This document shows positions 10,034 through 20,321 of a stretch of DNA of 64,000 bases, in pieces. A model generated the notes under the pieces. The model did not search any database. It was not told where the DNA came from and saw only the letters and a list, made by a program, of their open reading frames with translations. The stretch is from Gammaproteobacteria bacterium (lineage in GTDB: Bacteria; Pseudomonadota; Gammaproteobacteria; Ga0077536): the NCBI GenBank assembly GCA_963662545.2, contig CAXXLL010000002.1:864001-928000 (forward strand), given 5' to 3'. Both the position numbers and the translations under genes were made by a program. The first letter of the stretch is position 1. The number at the start of each line of letters is the position of its first letter.

Positions 10034-10112
10034 TCTAGAATTCGGGCACGCGCGAAGTTCGGAGATCGGAACGGCGCGTCGCTAACAGAGTTATTCGATT
10101 GAGGACAATGCC

Positions 10113-11753
10113 ATGCAAGGCTTGATGATGGAAATCCCTTTGCTGATCACGTCGATCATGCGGCACTGCGAACGGAATCACGCGAAGCGCGAAGTGGTGT
10201 CGGTAACCGCGGATCAAGCACGGCACCGCTATACTTACGGGGATTGTTTCGAGCGGACGCGCAGACTCGCGAATGCGCTGGATCGAATCGGGGCGACCGA
10301 GGACGCGCGGATCGCGACTCTCGCTTGGAATGATTTCCGGCATCTCGAGTTGTATTACGGCGCTGCCTGCAGCGGCCGCATCTACCATACGGTCAATCCG
10401 CGCCTGTTCGCCGAACAGCTCGTCTATATCATCAATCACGCCGAGGACGAATGGATGTTCACTGATCCCGCTTTCGTGCCGTTGCTCGAGGGCATCGCGT
10501 CTCAATGTCCAGGTGTGAAGGGATATATCGTATTGACCGACGAGGCGCACATGCCGGAGACCGCTCTGCCCAACGCCATGTGTTACGAGCAATTGCTGGC
10601 GGTGGAGTCGGATGTGTATGAATGGCCTGCGTTGGACGAAAACCGGGCCAGCGGCCTGTGTTACACCTCGGGCACCACCGGCAATCCCAAGGGCGCGCTT
10701 TACAGTCACCGTTCGACGGTACTTCATACCTATGGTCAGGCGATGCCGGACGTTCTCAACGTGTCGGTAATGGACTGCGTCATGCCGATCGTGCCGATGT
10801 TTCACGTCAATGCATGGGGTCTCCCGTTCAGCTGCCCGATGATCGGCGCGAAAATGGTGATGCCCGGTCCGAAATTGGGCGAACCCGAGGCCCTGGTTGA
10901 TTTGATCAACGAAGAGGGCGTGACGATGGCCGGCGGTGTTCCAACGGTGTGGCTGCCGGTGTTGAAGTACTTGAAGGAGTCCGGCCGCAATCTGAAACCG
11001 CTAAACCGGACGGCGATAGGCGGCTCGGCGTGCCCGGTGTCGATGATGCAGGAATTTCGGGATCGCCATAACGTGACCGTGTTGCACGCCTGGGGCATGA
11101 CGGAAATGAGCCCGCTCGGATCGCTCAACATGCCGAAACCGGCTAATGCAAATTACTCCCCGGCAGAAAAGGACGACTTGTTTCAGAGTGCGGGCCGTCC
11201 CGTTGCCGGAGTGGAAATGAAGATCACCGATGACGACGGCAACGAGCTACCCTGGGACGGCGAGGCTTTCGGCGCGCTCAAGGTGCGCGGTCCGTGGGTG
11301 ATCCGCGACTATTACAAACTGGATCAGCCGAGCGACGCATACGGTGCCGACGGTTGGTTTAATACCGGCGATGTAGCGACGATAGACGAGGAAGGTTATA
11401 TACGCATCACTGACCGCACTAAGGACGTCATAAAATCGGGCGGCGAATGGATCAGTTCAATCGATCTGGAAAACGTCGCGGCTGGACACCCCGGTGTCGC
11501 CGAAGCGGCGGTGATCGGTGCGCATCACCCGAAATGGCAGGAGCGACCGTTACTCGTAGTCGTCAAAGCCGACGACGCGGAGCCGACGCGCGAAGAACTA
11601 CTCGAATGGTTCGAAGGCAAGGTCGCCAAGTGGTGGATTCCCAACGACGTCGTGTTTGTCGACGAACTGCCGCATACCGCGACCGGTAAGATCAGCAAGT
11701 TGACGCTCAGGGAGAAATTCGTAAATTACGCGTTTCCGGATACGGCCGCCTGA
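10113..11753 (+). CDS. medium/long-chain fatty-acid--CoA ligase (AlkK/DmdB-like)
   Basis: [45 protein letters not shown] and TGK. Confidence 0.92.
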   Translation: MQGLMMEIPLLITSIMRHCERNHAKREVVSVTADQARHRYTYGDCFERTRRLANALDRIGATEDARIATLAWNDFRHLELYYGAACSGRIYHTVNPRLFAEQLVYIINHAEDEWMFTDPAFVPLLEGIASQCPGVKGYIVLTDEAHMPETALPNAMCYEQLLAVESDVYEWPALDENRASGLCYTSGTTGNPKGALYSHRSTVLHTYGQAMPDVLNVSVMDCVMPIVPMFHVNAWGLPFSCPMIGAKMVMPGPKLGEPEALVDLINEEGVTMAGGVPTVWLPVLKYLKESGRNLKPLNRTAIGGSACPVSMMQEFRDRHNVTVLHAWGMTEMSPLGSLNMPKPANANYSPAEKDDLFQSAGRPVAGVEMKITDDDGNELPWDGEAFGALKVRGPWVIRDYYKLDQPSDAYGADGWFNTGDVATIDEEGYIRITDRTKDVIKSGGEWISSIDLENVAAGHPGVAEAAVIGAHHPKWQERPLLVVVKADDAEPTREELLEWFEGKVAKWWIPNDVVFVDELPHTATGKISKLTLREKFVNYAFPDTAA

Positions 11754-11779
11754 ACAACGATTTCGGAGTAAGGGTGCAC

Positions 11780-11805
11780 CTATTCGCCCGCAAGCGGGCG
11801 AATAG
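11780..11805. repeat. palindromic REP-family unit between convergent genes, possible terminator
   Basis: CTATTCGCCCGC-AA-GCGGGCGAATAG, a perfect 12-bp stem sharing its core with the 524-583 REP. Confidence 0.7.
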
Positions 11806-11828
11806 AATTTTGGTGTCGCAAGCCGCAA

Positions 11829-13400
11829 TCAAATATTATTCTTGCTCATTTGCCCGGCGATGTAATCCGCCTGCCGTATCTCGAGCGAGACGATTGTGAG
11901 CGTCGGATTCTCCGCGCCGCCGGTCGTGAACTGGCTGCCGTCAGATACGAAAAGATTCTTGATGTCGTGCGCCTGGCCCCACTTGTTGACGACGCCGTTC
12001 GCAGCCTTTTCGCTCATGCGGTTGGTTCCGAGGTTGTGCGTCGACGGGTAGGGCGGCGTCTCGACAATCCGGGTCGCACCGACGGCTTCGTATACATTCG
12101 TCCCGGCCTGAAAAGCATGCCGGCGCATCGCCAGGTCATTTGCATGATCATCATAATGGACGTTCGGCACGGGCATGCCGTAGGGGTCTTTTTCGCTCGA
12201 ATGCAGAGTGACTGCATTGCTTTCCTGCGGCATGTCTTCACCCACGATCCACATGCCCGCCATGTGATCGTAGGCTTCCATCAATGATGCGAAATCACGG
12301 CCCCATGAGCCGGGCAGGAGAAATGCTGCGACAAAAGGAACGCCGAGTGCGATGGTCTCCATCTCGTAGCCGCTGACGAAACCGCGGGCCGGATCATTGA
12401 TCGATTCATCCGAAATGATGCCGGCCATGGTCGTGCCGCGGTACATGTTCACGGGCTTATCGAAGATTCCATAAACCGATGCGGTGAGATGTCTCATGTA
12501 GTTTCGACCGACCTGGCCGGATGAATTGGCCAGGCCGTCGGGAAAGGTGCTTGATGCGGAATTGAGCAGCAGACGCGGGCTTTCTATCGAATTACCCGCG
12601 ATACAAACGATGCGTGCTTTCTGCCGCTGCTTCTCCCCATTCTTGTCGGCGTAGACGACCGAGTCGACCTTACCGGTTTTGTCGTGCTTGATCCTGAGAA
12701 CGTGGGACTGCGGCCGAATTTCGAAATTCCCGGTCTGCTCCGCGTGTGGAATTTCCGTGTACAGGGTCGACCACTTGGCGCCCATGCGACAACCTTGAAA
12801 GCAAAAGCCCAGCTGGCGGCAGGAATTACGGCCGTCGCGCGGCTTGGAATTTATGGCCATGCGCCCCGTATGGACCTGTTTATAACCGACCTTCTTTGCC
12901 CCGGCCGCCATGACCTTGAAATTGTTGCAGGGCGGCAGGCCGGGGATGCCATTGGTCCGCGTGACGCCCATCTTCGCCTCGGCCTTGGCGTAATAGGGTT
13001 CGAGCTCTGCCAGCGACAGCGGCCAATCCAGGAGATTCGCGCCTGCGATAGATCCGTAGGTCGTGCGTGCCTTGAGTTCGTGTTCCCGCAGCCGCAAGCT
13101 CGCGCCTGCCCAATGTACGGTGGTGCCGCCGACGGTTTTGCAGATCCAGGCCGGCAGATTCGGGAAATCTCTGGCCACCAGCCAGGATCCCGAGGTGGTC
13201 CGTTTGTCCAGCCACGCCATGCGACCGAACATTCCCCATTCGTCGTTGGCGAAGTCACGGGTGAAATCGAGACGCGCGCCCGCCTCGAGGCACACGACCT
13301 TCACGCCTTTCTGCGCGAGTTCGTTCCCCAAGGTCCCGCCGCCGGCGCCGGAACCGATGACCACCACGACGCTGTCATCATTGCGATCGAATTTTTTCAT
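11829..13400 (-). CDS. GMC family oxidoreductase
   Basis: VIGSGAGGG, CKTVGG, Cys cluster CRQLGFCFQGC, VGRNYMRH, HNLGT and DGSQFTTGGAENPTLT. Start set at ATG 13400. Confidence 0.92.
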   Translation of the reverse strand: MKKFDRNDDSVVVVIGSGAGGGTLGNELAQKGVKVVCLEAGARLDFTRDFANDEWGMFGRMAWLDKRTTSGSWLVARDFPNLPAWICKTVGGTTVHWAGASLRLREHELKARTTYGSIAGANLLDWPLSLAELEPYYAKAEAKMGVTRTNGIPGLPPCNNFKVMAAGAKKVGYKQVHTGRMAINSKPRDGRNSCRQLGFCFQGCRMGAKWSTLYTEIPHAEQTGNFEIRPQSHVLRIKHDKTGKVDSVVYADKNGEKQRQKARIVCIAGNSIESPRLLLNSASSTFPDGLANSSGQVGRNYMRHLTASVYGIFDKPVNMYRGTTMAGIISDESINDPARGFVSGYEMETIALGVPFVAAFLLPGSWGRDFASLMEAYDHMAGMWIVGEDMPQESNAVTLHSSEKDPYGMPVPNVHYDDHANDLAMRRHAFQAGTNVYEAVGATRIVETPPYPSTHNLGTNRMSEKAANGVVNKWGQAHDIKNLFVSDGSQFTTGGAENPTLTIVSLEIRQADYIAGQMSKNNI

Positions 13401-13407
13401 CGGTCCG

Positions 13408-13923
13408 TCAATCCGCCGGCAGCCAGTCGATGTCGTCAAACCCCCGCTCGAGGTAGCCGCCGAAAGGATACGATGCCCCTTCATATCCGAAATGCGGCCA
13501 TACCTTGGGATTGTTGTACAGCGCGACGACGACGTGCCCTTGTATGGTTTTGAAAAACGGTGTGCCTTCCATGGACGTGAGCATTCGGGTCTGTCCGGCC
13601 TCATCCATCTCGAGAAACTTACCGGCGGATGTTCCGTCTAGTTTTTTCACGCCCTGCGCTAAGAGCTCCGCGAGATTGCCATCGTCCACTGCTTTCTGGT
13701 CCAGGCCTTCGACGCAGGTGCTGTAGTAACTGTCGTTCAGTTCGTCGTGGGGGAACATGACGCGGCAGACGCGAATTAATACCGTCGCCGTGTAGTCGTC
13801 CAGATTCTCGAATTTTATTTCACCCGCGGCGATGGCGGGTAGGTATGCCGTCAATGACGAGGCCGCGAGGGTCCGGCCGCTCGATTCGAGAAACTGGCGA
13901 CGGTTGAATCGTGCTTTGCTCAT
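13408..13923 (-). CDS. Tat-signal small subunit (gluconate 2-dehydrogenase subunit 3-like)
   Basis: Twin-arginine motif NRRQFLE and C-terminal VWPHFGYEG...GGYLERGFDDIDWL. Ends 7 nt before the GMC start. Confidence 0.85.
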   Translation of the reverse strand: MSKARFNRRQFLESSGRTLAASSLTAYLPAIAAGEIKFENLDDYTATVLIRVCRVMFPHDELNDSYYSTCVEGLDQKAVDDGNLAELLAQGVKKLDGTSAGKFLEMDEAGQTRMLTSMEGTPFFKTIQGHVVVALYNNPKVWPHFGYEGASYPFGGYLERGFDDIDWLPAD

Positions 13924-14038
13924 GTGCAAACCTTTTTGACGCTTGGATGCATATGGATGGGACGTGAAATCATGACAGCTTCTCGAAGCTTGATCTACGT
14001 CGGTGTTTGTCACATCAAAGGGAAACCGGCGCTATCGG

Positions 14039-14070
14039 AAAAAAAAAACGGGCCGCGAAAGCGGCCCGTT
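14039..14070 (-). terminator. rho-independent terminator of DUF1329 gene A
   Basis: 10-bp stem AACGGGCCGC-GAAA-GCGGCCCGTT followed by a long U tract on the minus strand. Confidence 0.85.
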
Positions 14071-14106
14071 GAATAGGCACCTGGACAGTGCCGCTAGGCG
14101 ATGCGC

Positions 14107-15486
14107 TTAGCGGCCCTCGGTGAGGTAGTTCACGTCATGCGTACGCTTGACTTGCTTGATCGTCGTGTCCGGGTAGCTGTTGCCACGGCAGGGCACCAGC
14201 GTTCCGCGACTGTTTTGCTTGTCGATCACGTTAATGCTCTGGAAGTTCAGCACGCGTGTACCGAGAGCCGTTTCGCTACCGCCGAATTTTTTTCGATCTT
14301 CGGGATCGCGATATTGCGGGTCCTCGGTCCAGCTCTTCTGGATCTGCCAGGTCTTCCACAGTTCACCGGCCTGATCGAACGAGTTGGCATAGAATGCTTC
14401 GCCCGACTGACGGTCCATATAGATAAACTTAGTGGAGTAGGGGTGCCCCTTCCATCCCGGATACATCCGGACTACGTCGACAAGGCGCAGCGCCCAGTCG
14501 TCATACGGCGCCCAGCCGTTGGGGCCGTAATAAATGGTCTGGGGGTAGCGCGAACGTACAACCGCGAGTAGGCGGACCGTGCCGATATATTCCCAGCTAT
14601 GCTGCATCGGGCGCCCGTTGAAGCCGTAGAAGTCTGCCAGGGTATGGTCCGTGCCGAGCAGCGAGTCTGATTTCACCTCGACTGAGATGCGGCGCACGCG
14701 GCGCAGGCTTGGAATGTACGCCCAGGAATCGTCGGCCTTGCGCGGGTCGTCGTAGCGCAAGATCAAGAACGCGGTACCGGCGATGTCGAACGGCGCGCTG
14801 AATCCGGTGTATTCGCGAAAGTGCGTGCCCTTCGCAAAACCCTTGCCACCGTTCATCATGTAGTTCTCTTCGGGCAGGTCAGCGCGGTGCGACATGTGTA
14901 TGCGTTGATAAGGACCCACCAGGACGCGCTCGAAGGTGCCGCCGCCGCGGTAGTATTCGGCATATTTGCCGCCGGCTTCCGTCATGACACCGTGCTTATC
15001 GTGGTTGCCGCCGGGGCGCACCCAGACCCAGTGCACCTCGTCGATCTTAAGTCCGTCGTTCTGCCAGCGGTACATCCAGTTCCAGATATGTTTCCAACCG
15101 TCTTCTTTACTGCCCGGTGTAAACTTCTCCGGGTCGAACATGCGGCCGGCGGTGTAATTCCCGAACGCGCCGTCGGCGTCAATCGTTGCCTGGCCGTAGA
15201 ATTTCTTGGTCGCTATCTGGAAGCTCTCTGCCGGACTTAGATCGCCCGCATCCTTGATCGTCATCTCCATGCCTTCGAAGATGAGATCTTCCTGCTGTTC
15301 GACGGGAATGAATGGCCGGATCAAGTCGGCGTTCTGGAAAGTGATGGTATCGCCGTCAACGAATTGCGGTTGCGCGCTTTGGTTCGCCTTGATCCACGCC
15401 AAGTGATCCTCGGGCGCAAAAGCATTCCCAACGAGCGGCAGCGCCGCCAATACCGCGACGAGTGCGTATTGCGTTGGTTTCAACAT
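14107..15486 (-). CDS. DUF1329 family exported protein (copy A)
   Basis: Signal peptide MLKPTQYALVAVLAALPLVGNAFA, hallmark DDSWAYIPSLRRVRRIS, DFYGFNG and HPYS. GAGGGA RBS before ATG 15486. Confidence 0.85.
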   Translation of the reverse strand: MLKPTQYALVAVLAALPLVGNAFAPEDHLAWIKANQSAQPQFVDGDTITFQNADLIRPFIPVEQQEDLIFEGMEMTIKDAGDLSPAESFQIATKKFYGQATIDADGAFGNYTAGRMFDPEKFTPGSKEDGWKHIWNWMYRWQNDGLKIDEVHWVWVRPGGNHDKHGVMTEAGGKYAEYYRGGGTFERVLVGPYQRIHMSHRADLPEENYMMNGGKGFAKGTHFREYTGFSAPFDIAGTAFLILRYDDPRKADDSWAYIPSLRRVRRISVEVKSDSLLGTDHTLADFYGFNGRPMQHSWEYIGTVRLLAVVRSRYPQTIYYGPNGWAPYDDWALRLVDVVRMYPGWKGHPYSTKFIYMDRQSGEAFYANSFDQAGELWKTWQIQKSWTEDPQYRDPEDRKKFGGSETALGTRVLNFQSINVIDKQNSRGTLVPCRGNSYPDTTIKQVKRTHDVNYLTEGR

Positions 15487-15606
15487 ATTGAGTCCCTCGT
15501 GTTTCCTTTCGATTGAGCTACGCGTCAACGCCATGCAGGCGGGCGAAGCCGAGGCCAGTAAACAGCAAAGCTTGTGAAGATCGTGTGAAAGTGGTGCGCT
15601 CACGGA

Positions 15607-16110
15607 TTACTGGCGTATTCGAATCTGCTCCTGACCTTGGTCCTGCAGCGGTAGCTCGGTGCGCTGCACAAGAGGCTTCAGCGCGAAGCTCGTTTGGATG
15701 TTCGCGATCACGGAGATCTTGGTGAGTTTTTCCATCAGAAAACGCTCGTAGCTCTCGAGATCGGGCAGCACGACGCGCAGCAGGTAATCCGACGTTCCGG
15801 TCATGAGATAGCACTCCATGACCTCCGGATAAGTCACGATCTGGGATTGGAATGCGTCCAGTGCAGGTTTTTCCTGGGTATTCAGGGAAACATTCACAAA
15901 TGCGCTGATGCCGAAACCCACTGCATTGGGGTCGACGATTGCGACATAGCGTCTGATGACGCCCTGTTGCTCCAAAGCCTTGACCCGGCGCAGGCAGGGG
16001 GAGGGTGACAAGCCGATTTTCTCCGCCAGTTCCGTGTTGGCGATGCGCCCGTCGTTCTGCAGATAGTGCAGGATCCCGTAGTCGATGCGGTCTAGTTTAA
16101 ATATTGGCAT
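15607..16110 (-). CDS. Lrp/AsnC family transcriptional regulator
   Basis: LDRIDYGIL..LQNDGR, HTH GLSPSPCLRRVKALE and ECYLMTGTSDYLLRV. Confidence 0.95.
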   Translation of the reverse strand: MPIFKLDRIDYGILHYLQNDGRIANTELAEKIGLSPSPCLRRVKALEQQGVIRRYVAIVDPNAVGFGISAFVNVSLNTQEKPALDAFQSQIVTYPEVMECYLMTGTSDYLLRVVLPDLESYERFLMEKLTKISVIANIQTSFALKPLVQRTELPLQDQGQEQIRIRQ

Positions 16111-16241
16111 AAAATTTCAACGATTGGCGGATTTAAGACGCATTATGCTCAGATCAGCTGGATTGTATAGCACGATTAGCACCTAAATGTCCGACGGGAC
16201 GGATAGAATGATCTCCGGTTTTCAGCCCGTTCGAGCAAGCC

Positions 16242-18911
16242 ATGGACCGTGCATTAGCCAACGAAGACGGCATCGACATCGACATCGCCGAGTGGCGCGA
16301 GTCACTCGATTACATCAACGACACCTACGGGCCGGAGGGCGTTCTCGCGATCATTCGGTCGCTGCAGAATCACGCCCTGTTGCGTGGGATCGCGCTCAAC
16401 GAAGCCACACTCAATACGCCGTACGTCAATAGCATTCCGCTGGCCGATCAGCCCGCCTACCCGGGCAATATCGCCATCGAAAAACGCATCGAAAATATCA
16501 TTCGCTGGAACGCCATGGCCATGGTACTGCGCGCCGCCGACAGCGGTAGCGGCGTCGGCGGTCATATCGCGACCTTTTCCTCGGCCGCAACGATGATGGA
16601 AGTCGGCTTCAACCACTTCTTTCGCAAGCACTCGGCGGATTACGGCGGCGACGTGGTGATCCCGCAGCCACATGCGGCGCCCGGTATCTATGCGCGGGCC
16701 TATGTCGAAGGTCGGCTGAGTGCGGGACAATTGGATAATTTCCGCCGCGAACTCCAGCCCGAAGGCGGGCTTAGCTGCTATCCCCATCCGCGCCTGATGC
16801 CCGATTTCTGGCAAGTGCCGTGCGCTTCCATGGGCCTGTCGACGCCGACGGCAATCTACCAGGCCCGTTTCGCCAAATACCTCGAAAACCGGGGCCTGAA
16901 GCCGGTCAACGGCGGCAAGGTCTGGTGCTTCATCGGCGACGGCGAGGCCGATGAACCCGAAGTCCTCGGCACGATCAACATCGCTGCCAGAGAAAAGCTC
17001 GATAACCTCGTTTTGATCGTCAATTGCAACCTGCAGCGGCTGGACGGGCCCGTGCGGGGCAACGGCAAGATCATCCAGGAACTCGAGCGCAGTTTTCGCG
17101 GTGCCGACTGGAACGTCGTCAAGGTCATCTGGGGCAGCGGTTGGGACGGCTTGCTGGCACAAGACGACGAGGGTGTGCTGCGCCAGCGCATGGAGGACGC
17201 CGTTGACGGGGATTACCAGTGGTATTCGGTGTCGCCCGGCAACATGCAGCGCGAGCACTGGGTGGAGAACAATCCCAAGCTCGCGCAAATGATGAACGCC
17301 CTGACCGACGAGGAACTGCGCGACATCAAGCGCGGCGGGCAGGATCCCAAGAAAATCTATGCGGCGTTCGAGCAGGCGCGGCTTATCGAAGGCACACCGA
17401 CGGTCATTCTCATCAAGACCGTCAAGGGTGACGGCATGGGCGCGATCCAGGGCCGTAACACAGTCCACCAGAAGAAGAATCTGAAGCCTGAGGAACGGCT
17501 CGCCTGTGCCGCCGAATACGGCATTCCGCTCTCGCCTGAAGAGATCGTCCGGGCCGAATTCTACCGTCCGCCCGAGGACAGCGAGGAGTTCCGCTACATA
17601 CGCCGTCACCGCGCGCAGCTGGGCGGGTTTCTGCCGGCACGCGAAGTTTCCTGCGCGCCGCTCAAGACGCCGTCGATTGCGGACTTCGCCGAATTTCTCG
17701 CTGGTTCGGGTAACCGCGCCGCGTCCACGACAATGGCCGCCGTGCGGCTGCTTGCGCGCCTGCTGAAAGACAAAGACATCGGCCAGTACGTGGTGCCGAT
17801 CGTGCCGGACGAGGCGCGGACTTTCGGCATGGACGGCTTGTTCCGGGTCGCCGGTATCTACTCGCCGGAGGGGCAGAATTATCAGCCGGTCGATGCCGAT
17901 TCGCTGCTTCCCTATCGGGAAGCCACCGACGGCCAGATCCTGCAGGAAGGGATCTGCGAAACCGGTGCAATCGCCTCCTTTCTCGCTGCCGGCACTGCGT
18001 ATGCGGCGCACGGCATACCCACGATACCTTTTTATTTTTTCTATTCCATTTTTGGATTCCAACGCGTCGGCGACATGATCTGGACCTGCGGTGACATGAT
18101 GTGCCGGGGGTTTCTGATGGGGGGAACGGCCGGCCGCACGACCTTGAATGGAGAAGGTCTGCAGCATCAGGACGGACATTCGCAGTTGGTCGCGGAAACG
18201 ATACCGAATCTCAAGAGCTACGATCCGGCATTCGCCTATGAACTGGCGATCATCATCCGCGACGGAATCCGGCGCATGTACGAGGAGCAGGAAGAGGTTT
18301 TTTATTACATCACGGTTTACAACGAAGCCTACGTGATGCCGCCGCTGCCCCTGGAGGACCCGACGGAAGGTATTCTGCGCGGTCTCTACAAATACCGGCC
18401 CAGCGGGATCGAATCGGCGCATAAGGCGCATGTTCTCGCGAGCGGCCCGATCGTCCAGCAGGCGCTGGCGGCGGCGCGGCTGCTTGAGCAGCATGGTATT
18501 GCGGCAGACGTTTGGAGCGTCACGAGCTTCAATGAACTCTATCGCGACGCACTCGCCTGTGAACGCTTCAATCGCATGCATCCGATGGATGCGCCGCGCA
18601 TGAGCTTTCTCGAGTCATCACTCGTAGACGAAACGGGCGTGTTCATATCCGTCAGTGATTACATGAAAGCACTTGGTAGCAAGCTCGCCAAGTGGATTCC
18701 GGGTGAGTACATCGTGCTGGGCACCGATGGTTACGGGCTCAGCGAGTCGCGCGCCGCCTTAAGGCAATATTTTGAAATCAATCCCGAATATATTGCGCTC
18801 GCGGCGCTCGAGGCGTTGGCTCGGGGCGGCGCAGTGTCCCGCGAAGAGGTCGCCGCGTTCATTGCCGAGAACGAAATAGACGTCGAAAAGCGCAGCCCGG
18901 TGGACTTCTGA
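16242..18911 (+). CDS. aceE: homodimeric 2-oxoacid dehydrogenase E1 (AceE/MdeB type)
   Basis: 889 aa with GGHIATF, YPHPRLMPDFWQ, TPP motif GDGE...NCNLQRLDGPV, PDEARTFGM and GEGLQHQDG. Confidence 0.92.
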   Translation: MDRALANEDGIDIDIAEWRESLDYINDTYGPEGVLAIIRSLQNHALLRGIALNEATLNTPYVNSIPLADQPAYPGNIAIEKRIENIIRWNAMAMVLRAADSGSGVGGHIATFSSAATMMEVGFNHFFRKHSADYGGDVVIPQPHAAPGIYARAYVEGRLSAGQLDNFRRELQPEGGLSCYPHPRLMPDFWQVPCASMGLSTPTAIYQARFAKYLENRGLKPVNGGKVWCFIGDGEADEPEVLGTINIAAREKLDNLVLIVNCNLQRLDGPVRGNGKIIQELERSFRGADWNVVKVIWGSGWDGLLAQDDEGVLRQRMEDAVDGDYQWYSVSPGNMQREHWVENNPKLAQMMNALTDEELRDIKRGGQDPKKIYAAFEQARLIEGTPTVILIKTVKGDGMGAIQGRNTVHQKKNLKPEERLACAAEYGIPLSPEEIVRAEFYRPPEDSEEFRYIRRHRAQLGGFLPAREVSCAPLKTPSIADFAEFLAGSGNRAASTTMAAVRLLARLLKDKDIGQYVVPIVPDEARTFGMDGLFRVAGIYSPEGQNYQPVDADSLLPYREATDGQILQEGICETGAIASFLAAGTAYAAHGIPTIPFYFFYSIFGFQRVGDMIWTCGDMMCRGFLMGGTAGRTTLNGEGLQHQDGHSQLVAETIPNLKSYDPAFAYELAIIIRDGIRRMYEEQEEVFYYITVYNEAYVMPPLPLEDPTEGILRGLYKYRPSGIESAHKAHVLASGPIVQQALAAARLLEQHGIAADVWSVTSFNELYRDALACERFNRMHPMDAPRMSFLESSLVDETGVFISVSDYMKALGSKLAKWIPGEYIVLGTDGYGLSESRAALRQYFEINPEYIALAALEALARGGAVSREEVAAFIAENEIDVEKRSPVDF

Positions 18912-18919
18912 GACCAGCG

Positions 18920-20236
18920 GTGAGCAAGCTTCGGATCCCGGATCTCGGTGAAGGTGTCGACGAGGGTACGGTGCTGGCCGTGCTGGTCACGGTTGGCGCT
19001 ACGGTATCCGAGGGGCAGGCCCTGCTCGAGGTCGAAACGGACAAGGTGACATTCGAGATCCCCTCACCGCGTAGCGGGATCATCGAAGACCTCAAAGTGG
19101 AAGCGAATGACATTATTCGAACGGGCGACATTTTCGCGCGGATGTCCGCCGATCATGCGGTGCAAGACTCTGATCAAAGGCAGCTTGCAACCGCGACGAC
19201 AGCGGGCATGGCGACGCTCGTCGACCTTCGAAGCGATGTAGAAGATCGCGATGCGGTTTCCGATGACAGCGCGCTGCAGCCGTCGTCGTCGGCGCGCACG
19301 GCAAGCGGAATCTCGAGTGGCCCGTTAACGACCAGCGAGGTCGTGCGCGCGGGCCCGGCCGCACGCCGTGAGGCGCGCGAACTCGGGATTGCCATCGACA
19401 CAGTCGCCGCAACAGGACCACGCAAGCGCATCACCAAGGACGATGTGCGCCGGACTGCGCGGCAGTTGCTTACCGCCGGCAGTGCAAGCTTACCCGCGGA
19501 ACCAAGGCTTCCCGATTTATCGGCGTTTGGACCCGTACGCGAGGTAGCACTTACGCGGGTGGAACAGGCGACGGCACGCAACATAGCGCGGGGAGCGACG
19601 TTTATTCCGCACGCCTGGATCGAACAGAAGGCCGACGTCACGGTACTGGAGGCGCGCCGCCGCGAGTTGCGCGCGGCCCAGGCGTCATCCGATCCGCCGC
19701 TGACCATGACCGTGGTGCTGTGCAAGGCCGTCGCGTCCGCGCTCGCCGTGTTCCCGCGCTTTAACGCTGCGATCGAAATGCGCACGCAGACACTGCTCTA
19801 CCGCGAATACGTCAACATCGGCGTGGCCGTCGACAGCGACGGCAATCTGCTGGTTCCGGTCGTCAAAGACGTTCCCGAATTGAGTGTTTCAGGCGTGGCC
19901 GAAGAACTGCGCCGCATGACCCGTGCCGCGCGCCGGAACCGGATCGAAGGCGTCGACCTGCGTGGTGCGGGCATCACGATCACGAACCTGGGGGGCATCG
20001 GCATCACCGGGATACAACCGATCATCAACTGGCCGGAAGTCGCGATCTTGGGGATCTCGTCCACCGAGGAAGTGCTGTGGAAAAAAGGGAATGAGGTCCA
20101 GGCGCGGCTCCTGCTGCCCATTACCCTGGGATTCGATCACCGTGCGAACAACGGTGCGGATGCGGCGCGATTCCTCAATGCCATCTGCGCCGCGCTGTCG
20201 GAACCGAATCTCCTGCTGCCGGTCAACGAGGCGTGA
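18920..20236 (+). CDS. aceF: dihydrolipoamide acyltransferase E2, single lipoyl domain
   Basis: Lipoyl motif EVETDKV, subunit-binding domain AGPAARREARELG and catalytic FDHRANNG. Confidence 0.9.
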   Translation: MSKLRIPDLGEGVDEGTVLAVLVTVGATVSEGQALLEVETDKVTFEIPSPRSGIIEDLKVEANDIIRTGDIFARMSADHAVQDSDQRQLATATTAGMATLVDLRSDVEDRDAVSDDSALQPSSSARTASGISSGPLTTSEVVRAGPAARREARELGIAIDTVAATGPRKRITKDDVRRTARQLLTAGSASLPAEPRLPDLSAFGPVREVALTRVEQATARNIARGATFIPHAWIEQKADVTVLEARRRELRAAQASSDPPLTMTVVLCKAVASALAVFPRFNAAIEMRTQTLLYREYVNIGVAVDSDGNLLVPVVKDVPELSVSGVAEELRRMTRAARRNRIEGVDLRGAGITITNLGGIGITGIQPIINWPEVAILGISSTEEVLWKKGNEVQARLLLPITLGFDHRANNGADAARFLNAICAALSEPNLLLPVNEA

Positions 20237-20321
20237 TTCGCCAGGATGCTGGATCCTGCTTACCTATTGATCATTCCGTGCTCGCCGTCCATGGCCGGCC
20301 GTTCCCTGGGAGAAAGCCGCG

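Noticed and set aside
15543-15557. Sigma-54-like GG-N10-GC upstream of DUF1329-A (TGGCCTCGGCTTCGC on the minus strand)
   Set aside because: It is a poor match to TGGCAC-N5-TTGC, no enhancer-binding protein is nearby, and it is easily a chance match in GC-rich DNA.
16302-18581. 759-aa antisense ORF, and other long shadow ORFs such as 1676-2722, 28531-29610 and 58459-59400
   Set aside because: They overlap well-supported genes, have no recognisable motifs, and are expected from stop-poor alternative frames in high-GC DNA.
20128-20160. E2 active-site DHRxxNG instead of DHRxxDG as a sign of inactivation
   Set aside because: Asn at this position occurs in functional E2p enzymes such as that of Azotobacter vinelandii.
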